Shown here one piece after another: positions 8,993 to 17,906 of a DNA stretch of 32,000 nt. The notes under the pieces were generated by a model. It searched no databases, was not told the origin of the DNA, and saw nothing but the letters and a program-made list of their open reading frames with translations. Each line of letters begins with the position of its first letter. Position 1 is the first letter of the stretch. Source of the DNA: Ignicoccus islandicus DSM 13165 (GTDB lineage: Archaea; Thermoproteota; Thermoprotei_A; Sulfolobales; Ignicoccaceae); NCBI RefSeq assembly GCF_001481685.1, contig NZ_CP006867.1, forward strand, positions 510,001 to 542,000, given 5' to 3'. A program made the translations under genes and the position numbers.

Positions 8993-9559
8993 TTAGTAAC
9001 AATAGGTTCTCAATAGTTCCGAGAGTAATCGTTTCGACTTATCTACGAAATCTTGTAACGTTGATACGTTCTCAATAACTATCTCCGCATTTCGCATTAC
9101 CTTATCTATACCTAAGGATATCTCTAGTTCGTCGCGTTTCCTCAGTTCCTCCTCACTAACGTCATCAACTCTACCCCTCTTTAATACTCTACCTAAACGA
9201 ACTTCGAAAGGAGCCTCTATTGAAATTATCACAACTTTACCGAGCTTTCTAAAGACTTCCACCTCGTCCAAGGATCGAACGCCATCTATAACTACGGCAC
9301 AACTCTCGAGTCCTCGTATCTTCTCTGCAACTCTTTTCGCTACTGCTATCGAACCCTCTTCTTCTCTAAGTTGCAATGCCACGCGCCTTATGTTCTCCGG
9401 AGTTAGATCTAATCCCCTCCTTACTACTTCACTTCGAACGATGTCTCCCATAACAATCACTGGTATCTTAAGTTGCTCTGCGACCTTAGCGAAAGTACCT
9501 TTACCGGAACCGGGCAGTCCCGTTGTCACTATTATTAGTTTTACCAAATCGAACTCCAT
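8993..9559 (-). CDS. UPF0200-like P-loop nucleotide kinase (dephospho-CoA/adenylate kinase-like)
   Basis: IIVTTGLPGSGKGTFAKVAEQLKIPVIVMGDIVRSEVVRRGLDLTPENIRRVALQLREEEGSIAVAKRV. Confidence 0.88.
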   Translation of the reverse strand: MEFDLVKLIIVTTGLPGSGKGTFAKVAEQLKIPVIVMGDIVRSEVVRRGLDLTPENIRRVALQLREEEGSIAVAKRVAEKIRGLESCAVVIDGVRSLDEVEVFRKLGKVVIISIEAPFEVRLGRVLKRGRVDDVSEEELRKRDELEISLGIDKVMRNAEIVIENVSTLQDFVDKSKRLLSELLRTYCY

Positions 9560-9678
9560 TACATTGATGTTAAACGATCGAATTTAATTTAACTGCATGA
9601 AGAGCTATGATCCCAGGGTCCGGATAAAACCCGTATTTTTCTAAGGAATACATCATGAAGTAACACTGGGATGGAACG

Positions 9679-10833
9679 ATGGTACTCGAAAACGTGAGAC
9701 CGAAAACGAAGGCCCAATCTGCCCTACTCAAGGCTTTGGAAGATTCGACAATAGATATAGTAGGTGCGTTTGGACCTTCGGGAACCGGTAAGAGTCTAAT
9801 ATCGTTAGCATACGCAATAGGAGCCCTCAAAGAAGGAAAGTATGAAAAAGTAATAATAGCGAGACCAGTCATTGACGTAGTTACCGGTAAGGAACTTACT
9901 ATTGCTGACGTAGGCGTAGAGGACTACTTTCAAATAGCTGCCGCATACCTAAGAGATATCCTTGCAGGCTTTATAGACCAGAACGAAATAGAGGAACTAC
10001 ATTCAAAGGGTAAACTTCTACTCGTAGACACTCACTACTTAAGAGGTAGGACGTTCGATAGGTCTATTGTAGTACTAGATGACGCGCAAAACGCTGATCC
10101 CGAAGCGGCCATAGAGGCTCTAATGAGGTTGGGGGAGTCAAGTAAGTTCGTTGTGATTGGTGATCCTGTATTCCAGTCTAATACCGAAATAGGAAGAGAC
10201 GGTGCATCGCTCTTGAGAGAAATATTGCTTCGAGAAGATGGAACTGTAGTGATAGACTTCGGACTTAAAGATATAGTAAGACCAGGTGCTCGCAGAGGTA
10301 TAAGGTTCATGATGGAACTTCGAATGAGGAAAAGGGAACTAAACGACGTCGAAAAGAACGTCCTCGAAGCCGCGAAAATATACGCTCCTGATGCAGACGT
10401 CATAACAGTGGTCGAATTCGTAGACCTCAAAAAGAAATACGAACTTGAGGACAACCAACACGTTCCAGATGGACTCGTGGTCCTTAAGGAGGGGCATGCT
10501 CCTCGCTTAATAGGAAAAGGCGGTGAAAGGATTGCCAGGATAGAAGAAGATACTGGTCTAAAGCTAAGGACCGTAGAACTGACTAATGATTTGAAGGACT
10601 TTATTATAGCCGTACATCCAGTTCCATGGATCTCCAAACACATAGTAGATGTTGATTTCGCTGGTCCCCAATTAATGGTTAAGGTCAATAGCGACGAATT
10701 CGGAGCCTTCGTAGGTCAGAAAGGCAAATACGTAAGATTTGTAAGCGAGATTATGAAGAGGCTCTTAGGAGTCCCAGTCTGGGCAACGGAGGTTCAAAAG
10801 GGTAAGAAAAAGAGAGGAAGAAGAAACCGCTAG
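9679..10833 (+). CDS. PhoH-like ATPase with C-terminal KH domains
   Basis: FGPSGTGKSLISLAYAIGAL, VVLDDAQNADPEAAIEALMRLGESSKFVVIGDP, KH GXXG motifs RLIGKGGERIARIEEDTG and FVGQKGKYVRFVSEIMKRLLG, basic tail. Confidence 0.92.
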   Translation: MVLENVRPKTKAQSALLKALEDSTIDIVGAFGPSGTGKSLISLAYAIGALKEGKYEKVIIARPVIDVVTGKELTIADVGVEDYFQIAAAYLRDILAGFIDQNEIEELHSKGKLLLVDTHYLRGRTFDRSIVVLDDAQNADPEAAIEALMRLGESSKFVVIGDPVFQSNTEIGRDGASLLREILLREDGTVVIDFGLKDIVRPGARRGIRFMMELRMRKRELNDVEKNVLEAAKIYAPDADVITVVEFVDLKKKYELEDNQHVPDGLVVLKEGHAPRLIGKGGERIARIEEDTGLKLRTVELTNDLKDFIIAVHPVPWISKHIVDVDFAGPQLMVKVNSDEFGAFVGQKGKYVRFVSEIMKRLLGVPVWATEVQKGKKKRGRRNR

Positions 10834-10870
10834 TGGTCGAACTAGATGAGATTTCGCTGGGTTGTCCGAC

Positions 10871-11305
10871 TCACTCACCAAACATCATATTAATCTCTCT
10901 AATCACGTTTTCAATGCGCCGTATGTGCGAACCTCTCCAATAAGGTTGTCCGCATTTCGTACAAACCCATACTTCCCTGTCACCCATTACTCCTATTCGC
11001 CTTAATGGAGCGTTACACAGACTGCACCTCTTAGGTGTTATAGGTAGTTCGTAACGGATACCTGTCTTAAGTTTGAGTTCTATGAGTTGATTTTTTACGT
11101 CGATGGAGTTTACGTATACGCAGTTTCTAGGGAGCCGCTGACAGAGAAATTTGTCCCTTGTTAGTATTATACATCTGGATTTCTTGAAGCGTTGGACTAT
11201 CTTCGAGTCTTCTTCTTGGGTATACTCGGCAGAATACCCTAATATCCTCAAATATCGAGTTAGTTTACCTAACATTGCATCTGCCAAAAAGCATGGCTCT
11301 GTCAT
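10871..11305 (-). CDS. Mut7-C RNase-domain protein with C-terminal zinc ribbon
   Basis: FLADAMLGKLTRYLRILGYSAEY, IILTRDKFLCQRL, CSLCNAPLRR...VWVCTKCGQPYWRGSH. The track starts at 11332, but ATG at 11305 gives an ATGA overlap with the upstream gene and a better N-terminus. Confidence 0.88.
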   Translation of the reverse strand: MTEPCFLADAMLGKLTRYLRILGYSAEYTQEEDSKIVQRFKKSRCIILTRDKFLCQRLPRNCVYVNSIDVKNQLIELKLKTGIRYELPITPKRCSLCNAPLRRIGVMGDREVWVCTKCGQPYWRGSHIRRIENVIREINMMFGE

Positions 11306-12135
11306 ATCATTTGACTGAAAATCAAACTCCAAGGGACATACCTTACCTCTCCTTTTACACTTATTAGTATACCATCATCTGTTTCGGGTTTAATTAGTTC
11401 AATTACCTCCTTTAAAGTTACGTTCTCACTGATTATATGAGGTTCCTTCAACAATCCATCGAAACTAACTTCTCCAATGGGATTTCTCCTTTCTTCCCAT
11501 ATTTTCATGAGAACGTCTCTAGCTTTCAGAACCTTATCGCCTACTAGAACTATTGGGAACACCTTCTCATCCATTAACATCAGTGCTTCTCCTAAGGTGT
11601 TAGCTCTCGGTAGCTCGAGTGCGAGCTCCCCTAACTGTATTGCAGGAAGATCGCTTACGCGCGTTGCGAGGATTTCCCTTATAGGTAAACTGGCAACTAC
11701 CTTTCCTTCCTCTACTACTGGGTATAAGTCAATAAGCGGTTCGTTCTTTATTAGTTCCCTTACTTCTTTATCGCTCATTTCCCCGTCGATTGGAGTTACC
11801 TTCTCTTCGACTCTTTTTACTGGTTCTAAGAAGATTTCATAAATCGGCGTATCCCTTTCATGCCACAATGCGATAGAAGCAGCAATTTTAGGTAAGCGTG
11901 CTATGCCCACGTACTTATCCCCATCGGCTAAAATAACATTAGAGATAGTGCGTGAATTTAATAATTCCAAAATTATGGACCTGAGATTAGCTTGAGGCGA
12001 GTGTACCTCTTCAGGTTCTTTAACGTATGATATCCATTTCTCTTCTTTATGCTTTCTAGATAGCTTACTAGGCGTGCCGTCCGAACGTAAGTATCTCGTC
12101 CCCTCGGGCATTCTTGGCTTCAACCGCTGCACCAA
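11302..12135 (-). CDS. CBS-domain-like protein
   Basis: 277 aa; repeated patterns such as NEPLIDLYPVVEEGKVVASLPIREILATRV, ALMLMDEKVFPIVLVGDKVLKARDVL, LKEVIELIKPETDDGILISVKGEV. Confidence 0.65.
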   Translation of the reverse strand: MVQRLKPRMPEGTRYLRSDGTPSKLSRKHKEEKWISYVKEPEEVHSPQANLRSIILELLNSRTISNVILADGDKYVGIARLPKIAASIALWHERDTPIYEIFLEPVKRVEEKVTPIDGEMSDKEVRELIKNEPLIDLYPVVEEGKVVASLPIREILATRVSDLPAIQLGELALELPRANTLGEALMLMDEKVFPIVLVGDKVLKARDVLMKIWEERRNPIGEVSFDGLLKEPHIISENVTLKEVIELIKPETDDGILISVKGEVRYVPWSLIFSQMI

Positions 12136-12232
12136 TCTAAAGATTCCATAGAAGGATTATATTTCCGAGACTTTCAGGTGGGATCTTACTGGAACAATAA
12201 TTAATCGCTACCCATTAACTTTCATTCGGTCG

Positions 12233-12796
12233 ATGAGGACTCAAGACATGGATGATAGAACTAAGGTTAAAATTAGCAAGTACATGACTTACTTACTCAG
12301 ACACAAGCCGGATTTCGTAGATAGGCACGGTTGGGTCACGTTAGATAGGCTTCTTAGAGAAGTTAGGAAGAAATTTCCGGAAGTAAATTTGGAGGACATA
12401 ATTGAAATCGCCAGAGAAGATGAAAAGGGAAGGTATGAAATTTCCGGAAATAAGATAAGGGCCCGGTACGGTCATACGTTTCCAGTAACCATTGAAATGG
12501 AAGAGGATTACGAAGGGAAACTTTTCCATGGTACTTCTTGCGAGAACGCAATGAAAATTATTAACGAAGGTATAAAACCTATGAAGAGAACTTATGTTCA
12601 TTTGGCTACAACCTTAGACATAGCTATAGAAAACGCCAAGAGGAAAGGCAAGTGCATCGTTGTATTTGAGGTAGATCCCTTGTGCTTGAAATCGAAGGGA
12701 TTGAAAGTTTATAAAGCAAGTGAGAAAATCAGGGTTACTAATTACGTTCCCCCGGAGTGCATAAAAGAGGTGCTTAGAACCGTTTTGGGGAAGTAG
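12233..12796 (+). CDS. kptA: RNA 2'-phosphotransferase Tpt1/KptA
   Basis: KISKYMTYLLRHKPDFVDRHGWVTLDRLLREV, YEISGNKIRARYGHTFPV, LFHGTSCENAMKIINEGIKPMKRTYVHLATT. Confidence 0.95.
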   Translation: MRTQDMDDRTKVKISKYMTYLLRHKPDFVDRHGWVTLDRLLREVRKKFPEVNLEDIIEIAREDEKGRYEISGNKIRARYGHTFPVTIEMEEDYEGKLFHGTSCENAMKIINEGIKPMKRTYVHLATTLDIAIENAKRKGKCIVVFEVDPLCLKSKGLKVYKASEKIRVTNYVPPECIKEVLRTVLGK

Positions 12797-12799
12797 AAT

Positions 12800-13213
12800 T
12801 TGAAGATAGGAATTGTAGTAGCTGAGTTCAATTATGACATAACCTATATGATGAAAGAGAAGGCCGTTTCTCATGCCCAATTCTTAGGCGTTGACTTCGA
12901 AGTTGTTTACGTGCCGGGCGTATTTGAAACACCATTAGCAACCAAGGTACTACTAGAAAGGGACGATATAGATGCGGTGGCAGTAATAGGTGCTGTAATA
13001 AAAGGAGAGACGGACCACGATCAAGTTGTAGCTCATCAAGCCGCACGTAAACTTCTAGACCTATCGTTAGAATATAATAAGCCAGTAGCGCTCGGAATAA
13101 TAGGTCCCAATGCTACAAGAGAGCAAGCTACTGAAAGGATAGAAGAATATGCGAGAAGGGCTGTAGAGGCAGCCGTTAAGATGGTTAGGAGACTGAACAA
13201 TATAAAGGAGTAA
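12800..13213 (+). CDS. ribH: 6,7-dimethyl-8-ribityllumazine synthase
   Basis: [87 protein letters not shown]; TTG start. Confidence 0.95.
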   Translation: MKIGIVVAEFNYDITYMMKEKAVSHAQFLGVDFEVVYVPGVFETPLATKVLLERDDIDAVAVIGAVIKGETDHDQVVAHQAARKLLDLSLEYNKPVALGIIGPNATREQATERIEEYARRAVEAAVKMVRRLNNIKE

Positions 13214-13225
13214 AATTGAATAGAA

Positions 13226-13420
13226 TTAAAGTTTGGCATGAGTAATCATGTGATTAATTAAAGAACGTTCGTCAAAGAAGTACCTCCCATTACTTTCTTC
13301 AATAGAGTGACATATTGGGCATGAGAGCAAGCCACTGACTTCGTCTCGCGGAACTCTCAACCTTATACCTTCTACATCTATCTCTACTATCTTCCATCGG
13401 GGCGTCCAGTTTAAGCTCAC
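13226..13420 (-). CDS. Small C2H2-type zinc-finger-like protein
   Basis: 64 aa ending CPICHSIEESNGRYFFDERSLINHMITHAKL (C-x2-C...H-x3-H); immediately downstream of the AAA+ gene on the same strand. Confidence 0.7.
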   Translation of the reverse strand: MSLNWTPRWKIVEIDVEGIRLRVPRDEVSGLLSCPICHSIEESNGRYFFDERSLINHMITHAKL

Positions 13421-13435
13421 ATCAAATCCCCCCTT

Positions 13436-14926
13436 TCATATTTTATCTGGGGTCTTTACATAGTCAATAACTATTCCTTGAACTTGTTTCAAGCTCCATA
13501 TGATTCGTTCCTGGAGGTTCTTCCTATCGTTTTCGTTTATGTTGAACTTCCTCCTTGCCCACCATATGCTATCTCGATCTATTTTACCGTTACCTTTCAT
13601 TGCAGCCATCCTTACGAAAGCGTCTATTTCGGCTGCGCTGAACCACCTAGTTATTCTAACCATGTCTTCCAAAAGAGCATGGGAAGCTAGCTTCACGTCG
13701 TAGCGACGCAAGGCATTAGTAATTATTTTCTCCCTGAATTCTTTATCAGGATAACCCATGACGATTATGGCATCGATTCTCCCAGGTCTAATTAACGCTT
13801 GATCTATAATTTCAGGATGATTTGCAGTTAGAGCTATCAAAGGTTTCCTTTCCTCTTGCAACATCTTTAGGAAAACAGAGACCTCTGCTAAGTAACCTTC
13901 GTGAACAGCCATAGTTCGACTAGCCAAGAATTCCGCGTCATCTATTAAAACAGTTATATCGCTCCTATTCTTTATACTGTCGAAAATACTCTTCAGTATC
14001 TTCTCAGTCTGACCGTACCACATACTCCTATAAGTTGACGGATCTATATCTAGTAATTTCCTATTCAACTCCTTACTAATCGCTTCTACGAGTACTGATT
14101 TGCCCATTCCGGGAGGTCCAGTAACGATTATTCCCTTAAGTGCATATTTCTTTGAACCAAGAATAGGGTTAATAACGATAGTTCTAACTTGCTCAGATAG
14201 CTCTCTGGGGAATTGACTTAAATCCCATGTGGGTTTTCTCAATTTTAAACTTAGAGATACGTCATCGTCATCGTCCACAACTACCTCGTCTTCCTCAAAT
14301 ATATTAGCAATCCTAACTAGCAAGAAGTTCTGAATAGTAAGTTTCTTCGTGAAATCTGATGGAACTTCTCCTATTCGTTCTAACTCTTTAAGGATCCTTC
14401 GAAGTTCATTTCTTTCTCTTCTAAAAATTTTTAGGACGTCCTCTCTAGTCAGTTTTTCTACATCTGAGGAAATCGTGATTGGTATTAGTTTGATCTTCTT
14501 TTGACATTGAGGTTTGAGCGCTATTAAGAACGCTATTCTCCTTTTGTTATTCTCAGCGTCAATTATAGAGTAAGCCAAGTTAACGTCGTATTCTTCTAAA
14601 GCAGAAGGGATATAGTATCTAACTAATGGTCTTATCATCCCCCTTATTATCTCCTCGCTAGAGAGGAAAGTAGACGGTATCTTGAGCTTGTATATCAATG
14701 GCGTTTCCTCCTTACTATCCAATTCCTCTACTACAGTCTTCTGAAACTTATTGACTATGGGTAAGACGTAAAATTCGTCTTCTAAGCTTTCGAGAACTTG
14801 TTGCTTACCTCTCTTTTTGTAGATAATCATATAGGTTTTGGCGTTATCATGCTCGAGCTTGAGCACCTCGGCATTCTTCAAAGTTTTATTTTGATCGACA
14901 ACGTCTACTCTGGTAGCGCCGTTCAC
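13436..14926 (-). CDS. AAA+ ATPase (CDC48-like AAA module) with long uncharacterised N-terminal region
   Basis: 496 aa; GIIVTGPPGMGKSVLVEAISKELNRKLLDIDPSTYRSMWYGQTEK, VLIDDAEFLASR, ALTANHPEIIDQALIRPGRIDAIIVMGYPD. Confidence 0.9.
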   Translation of the reverse strand: MNGATRVDVVDQNKTLKNAEVLKLEHDNAKTYMIIYKKRGKQQVLESLEDEFYVLPIVNKFQKTVVEELDSKEETPLIYKLKIPSTFLSSEEIIRGMIRPLVRYYIPSALEEYDVNLAYSIIDAENNKRRIAFLIALKPQCQKKIKLIPITISSDVEKLTREDVLKIFRRERNELRRILKELERIGEVPSDFTKKLTIQNFLLVRIANIFEEDEVVVDDDDDVSLSLKLRKPTWDLSQFPRELSEQVRTIVINPILGSKKYALKGIIVTGPPGMGKSVLVEAISKELNRKLLDIDPSTYRSMWYGQTEKILKSIFDSIKNRSDITVLIDDAEFLASRTMAVHEGYLAEVSVFLKMLQEERKPLIALTANHPEIIDQALIRPGRIDAIIVMGYPDKEFREKIITNALRRYDVKLASHALLEDMVRITRWFSAAEIDAFVRMAAMKGNGKIDRDSIWWARRKFNINENDRKNLQERIIWSLKQVQGIVIDYVKTPDKI

Positions 14927-14962
14927 TACTAACGACCGTTAATACGGGGGTCGATTACAGTT

Positions 14963-15622
14963 ATGAATATGGTTGCGAAAATATGTAACGATTGGAAGAT
15001 AGCCTTAGGTGATCTTTCGAAATGGCTTTCGTTTGACCTACGAAAAGACTTTAGGGCTGTTAGCGAACTTGAAAAAATACGTCTAACCTACCGAATCCCC
15101 CATTTCGATTGTTTGGTCGTAATTGGACCACAATATGAGTCGACTGAGCTACCTAAAGACTGTTCAACAATGGTAGTTGATAGCGCATTGAACGTCTTCG
15201 ATGGTCACCCTGACGTAATAGTCAGCGACATGGACGGAGTAACGCTCGAAAGGTTGAAGGAAGAAATGATGGCGGGATCCACCTTATTCCTAGTTGCTCA
15301 TGGCGATAATTTCGAGAAGATTCTCCAAGTGGTAAAAGTATTGGAGGATTACGGAAACGTGATACTCGTATCTCAGTTATTGACGCCATCGCTCCGAATC
15401 CCTTGTATTCCGGCATTCAGTGATGGAGACAAAGCTATATTCATAGCAAGACTTATCTCACGAAAGGTGAAAATTTTTGGTTTCGATACAAACTATCAAA
15501 GTACTCGAAGCAAAAGCGTCGAGCTTTCGACGAAGCTTCGAAAAATAGCGCTATCGAGAGCTTATGGGACGATAATTTGGTCAAGGTATTATGGGGAGTT
15601 ACCGGTGCCGGCCATTGGATGA
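14963..15622 (+). CDS. mptE: MptE-like/DUF115 protein (6-hydroxymethyl-7,8-dihydropterin pyrophosphokinase-like)
   Basis: CLVVIGPQYESTELPKDCSTMVVDSALNVFDGHPDVIVSDMDGV, LFLVAHGDNFEKILQVV, VKIFGFDTNY. Confidence 0.75.
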   Translation: MNMVAKICNDWKIALGDLSKWLSFDLRKDFRAVSELEKIRLTYRIPHFDCLVVIGPQYESTELPKDCSTMVVDSALNVFDGHPDVIVSDMDGVTLERLKEEMMAGSTLFLVAHGDNFEKILQVVKVLEDYGNVILVSQLLTPSLRIPCIPAFSDGDKAIFIARLISRKVKIFGFDTNYQSTRSKSVELSTKLRKIALSRAYGTIIWSRYYGELPVPAIG

Positions 15623-16305
15623 GGGAATCCGCTTCGATATTTGAAAAAGTGGCATCTAGAACCAAGGTTACAGTTATCATGACTCGTAACGGCTATGAGA
15701 TAGCTAAGCTATACGGAGTCCTAGACGTGTTCAAGAAATATACCGGTGGATATTATTCCGAACTTGAAGTAGATCCCAATCCCCTTTCTCATATATATGG
15801 AAGAGTTCTTTCGAAGAAGTACGAGTTATTCGTATTAGCTCCGTTATCAGCGAACACCGCTAACAAAATAGCTGATGGAATAGCAGATAATTTGGTTACG
15901 ACAGCGGCAGCTATGGCTAGGAAAGCCGGTGTAACTACAATTCTCTTACCTACTGATGCGCCTTGGGTAAAGGAAACGGCCCTTCCTTGTACGGTTCACG
16001 ATAACTGCGTCAACTGTTCAGTATGTCCTCCTCAAGAAACTTGTCCTACGAAAGCCATTGTTGACGGTATATCTAAAAAGAGAATTCTTCTAGATCGGTG
16101 TATAGGTTGCGAATTATGTGTAACCAAATGTCCCTACGAAGCAATTAACTGCTTCGAAAAGGTTGAGATAAACGTTCACTGGCTAGAGGTAGAGAAGCTT
16201 AAGGTTTTGGAGAAGTTCGAAAGCTTCATTATAGTACGTTCTCCAGAAGAACTCTCGAGAATCATTAACGAATACTTAGACGTAGCCCTCAATGAGGGGG
16301 CGTAA
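15577..16305 (+). CDS. Archaeoflavoprotein/dihydromethanopterin reductase-like flavoprotein with C-terminal ferredoxin domain
   Basis: VKVLWGVTGAGHWMRESASIFEKV, LAPLSANTANKIADGIADNLVTTAAAMARKAG, Cys clusters CVNCSVCPPQETCPTKAI and CIGCELCVTKCPYEAINC. TTG start 46 nt inside mptE. Confidence 0.85.
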   Translation: MVKVLWGVTGAGHWMRESASIFEKVASRTKVTVIMTRNGYEIAKLYGVLDVFKKYTGGYYSELEVDPNPLSHIYGRVLSKKYELFVLAPLSANTANKIADGIADNLVTTAAAMARKAGVTTILLPTDAPWVKETALPCTVHDNCVNCSVCPPQETCPTKAIVDGISKKRILLDRCIGCELCVTKCPYEAINCFEKVEINVHWLEVEKLKVLEKFESFIIVRSPEELSRIINEYLDVALNEGA

Positions 16306-16306
16306 C

Positions 16307-16741
16307 ATGAGGGTAACGGCATCTCTTCCATACAAATTGGCACTAATAGACATCAACGAATCAATTCATGTGGAACTTCATTTAGAATGGCCACGCTTAA
16401 TCGTTGAGACGAACTTGAAGAATTCGTGGAATTTCTACGAATGTAGAGGTCTGAAAGTTTATCGAAACAAACGCCTAGAGAAACTCATACTAGAACCTAT
16501 TAATCTAACCCTTCTCTTTTCGAAATTAGAACATAATAGAAGTTATTATTGTAGAGAACTATGGGAATTCGTCTTTGGTGCGAGAGATGAACTCGCGTGT
16601 TCCGGTGGTCTAGTGCTAAGGAAAGGAAGAAGTAGTAGTTATATAGGTCCATCTATCGAGACTAGAGTAGACGTTTTCGGGCCTAGGCTTAGAGTAACGA
16701 GAAATACTCTCCATAGAACGAATCAACCAATTCCTTGTTAG
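16307..16741 (+). CDS. Hypothetical protein, possibly cotranscribed with the pterin/flavoprotein genes
   Basis: ORF track start is 16292, but ATG at 16307 lies just past the upstream stop: MRVTASLPYKLALIDINESIHVELHLEWPRLIVETN... Confidence 0.5.
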   Translation: MRVTASLPYKLALIDINESIHVELHLEWPRLIVETNLKNSWNFYECRGLKVYRNKRLEKLILEPINLTLLFSKLEHNRSYYCRELWEFVFGARDELACSGGLVLRKGRSSSYIGPSIETRVDVFGPRLRVTRNTLHRTNQPIPC

Positions 16742-17819
16742 CCTTATACAAATCTGCTAGGAACATCAAAGCCCTGTAAACCACATCTGATTCGTACCAC
16801 CCCATAGTTCCAATTCTGATGCTCTTCTCTTTCAGCTTCCAAGCACCGGAGCCTATTTCTATACCGTATCTCTCTTTTGCTAGATTCTTCGCGTGGGCGG
16901 GCGTCACGCCTTCTGGTAATATCGGCACCACAATACTGTTCGAACGCCAGTTCTCCTTGGGATACACTCGACCACCGGCTTCTTCCACAATACCGTTCAG
17001 TACTTTCGAGAAAGCTTCGTGCCTCTTTATCCAATTACTTAGACCCATCGAAAGTATTTTCTCTAAGGCTTTGTTCAAAGCGTAAATTAACGAAACGGCG
17101 GGCGTAGCTGGCGTCTCAAATTTCTCATCATAGAACTTCTTGTATTGTTCTAAGTCCCAGTATAGAGACTTCTTTTCAACGCGTTTCATTTTCTCTAGGG
17201 CTCTTTCCCTATATGCAACAAAAGACAACCCCGGAGGACTCATTAGTGCCTTCTGGGAAGCTGAAGCGACAGCATCTAGATCCATTACATCCATTGATAG
17301 TTCGTGTGCACCTAGATGACTAACCGAGTCAACTAGTATTAGACCATCCCTTTCGTGGACAACTTTAGCTAGCTCCTCTAAGTTCCTATGAACTACACCA
17401 GTACTCGTTTCATTAGCAACTATTCCAACGACCGATGCGCCAGTTTTCTTCAATGCACTATCTAGTTCCTCTGCTGTTATTCCCTCTCCTTCCTTAGGCT
17501 CAATTAATTCTACATCTATACCTAAGTACTTAGCTATGGTGGCCATTCTATCACTAAAGGTTCCTGTCTGAACAATTAACATCTTCTCGTTCCTGCTTAC
17601 AAAGCTACTTACCATGGCTTCAACCGCTCCACTTCCGGAGGCCGTCAACAATGCAATATCGCAATCGCACCCAAATATTTCTTTTAACTTAGAAATAGTT
17701 GATTTCATTAATTCCCTAAACTCAGGTCCCCTATGGTTTATCATTGGGAGCGATTGACTTAGTTCTACATCCGGATGAAGAGAAACTGGACCCGGAAGCA
17801 AAAGCTGGATTCTCTTCAT
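16689..17819 (-). CDS. Class V aminotransferase (alanine-glyoxylate/serine-pyruvate type)
   Basis: LLLPGPVSLHPDVELSQSLPMINHRGPEFRELM, LLTASGSGAVEAMVSSF, LILVDSVSHLGAHELSMDVMDLDAVASASQKALMSPPGLSFVA. Confidence 0.95.
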   Translation of the reverse strand: MKRIQLLLPGPVSLHPDVELSQSLPMINHRGPEFRELMKSTISKLKEIFGCDCDIALLTASGSGAVEAMVSSFVSRNEKMLIVQTGTFSDRMATIAKYLGIDVELIEPKEGEGITAEELDSALKKTGASVVGIVANETSTGVVHRNLEELAKVVHERDGLILVDSVSHLGAHELSMDVMDLDAVASASQKALMSPPGLSFVAYRERALEKMKRVEKKSLYWDLEQYKKFYDEKFETPATPAVSLIYALNKALEKILSMGLSNWIKRHEAFSKVLNGIVEEAGGRVYPKENWRSNSIVVPILPEGVTPAHAKNLAKERYGIEIGSGAWKLKEKSIRIGTMGWYESDVVYRALMFLADLYKANKELVDSFYGEYFSLL

Positions 17820-17906
17820 TTCTTCTAACCCGTTAAGTAGCTTCTAAGGGAAAGATTAATCTTTCTACTGCTAGGTGTCACGTACTTTAAACGGGAGGCG
17901 TTAGTC

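Noticed and set aside
10035-10688. 217 aa antisense ORF inside phoH
   Set aside because: Mirror of a strongly coding PhoH frame; Ser/Thr-rich low-information translation.
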